Shown: one piece after another, positions 23,835 to 24,000 of the stretch
Position numbering within the stretch: the stretch's first letter is position 1
Layout: each line of letters begins with the position of its first letter
NCBI RefSeq assembly: GCF_047303025.1
Contig: NZ_CP138939.1
Coordinates: 1,379,518 to 1,403,517, forward strand
DNA from: Synechococcus sp. MIT S1220
Lineage (GTDB): Bacteria > Cyanobacteriota > Cyanobacteriia > PCC-6307 > Cyanobiaceae
Reading direction: 5' to 3'
DNA: 24,000 nt
Program-made: the position numbers and the translations under genes
Notes under the pieces: model-generated
The model's input: only the letters and a program-made list of their open reading frames with translations
The model's database searches: none
Told to the model about the DNA's origin: nothing

Positions 23835-24000
23835 AAAGGATTGGTGCGTAGTTCACCATGGGCTGCCTTTTTTTTGAAGGGGTTGGTGCCGAATTCCTTC
23901 CCTGGGCACCGTGTTGCGGAGTCGCCTTGAACGTGATCTTTCAACCAAGGCGCTTGGGATGTCACCAGTAGGGATCGCTGGCGAACTCCACCGACAACCT

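Noticed and set aside
23959-24000. ATG at 23959 opening a plus-strand frame (MSPVGIAGELHRQP...) that runs off the window.
   Set aside because: Only 14 codons are visible, which is too little to support a gene call.

Overview
High-GC chromosome segment that looks like a marine Synechococcus (alpha-cyanobacterium). The organism call is an inference from gene content and composition only.

Positions 1-10220, all on the + strand, hold the 3' end of rbcS, the alpha-carboxysome operon (csoS2, csoS3/csoSCA, csoS4A, csoS4B, a csoS1E-like shell gene) and the NDH-1(4) CO2-uptake genes ndhF4-ndhD4-chpX. Positions 21496-24000 hold a pterin-dehydratase-like (acRAF-type) gene, cbbX, and a convergent ClC-type channel gene.

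Between these blocks, at about 10212-21495, lies an ~11.3 kb low-GC insertion. Sampled 60-nt lines give 32-45% GC in most of it, against 62-67% in the flanks. It has nothing to do with carbon fixation. Its contents are:
- a cadherin-like/RTX-like protein with no N-terminal signal peptide
- a TonB-dependent outer-membrane receptor
- a minus-strand operon: novel multidomain histidine-phosphatase-family protein, then exbB, exbD, tonB
- a BtuCDF/HmuTUV/Fec-type ABC importer (one permease, one ATPase, one periplasmic binding protein)

I saw no integrase, transposase, tRNA or CRISPR array. The island is bracketed by an imperfect direct repeat that coincides with the last codons of chpX and the start codon of the acRAF-like gene.

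The most interesting material is this island: a TonB-dependent uptake system inserted in the middle of the CO2-concentrating supercluster, with two unexplained accessory proteins and a GC-rich patch of unknown function in its divergent control region. All functional calls rest on motifs read by eye from the translations. No database search was run.
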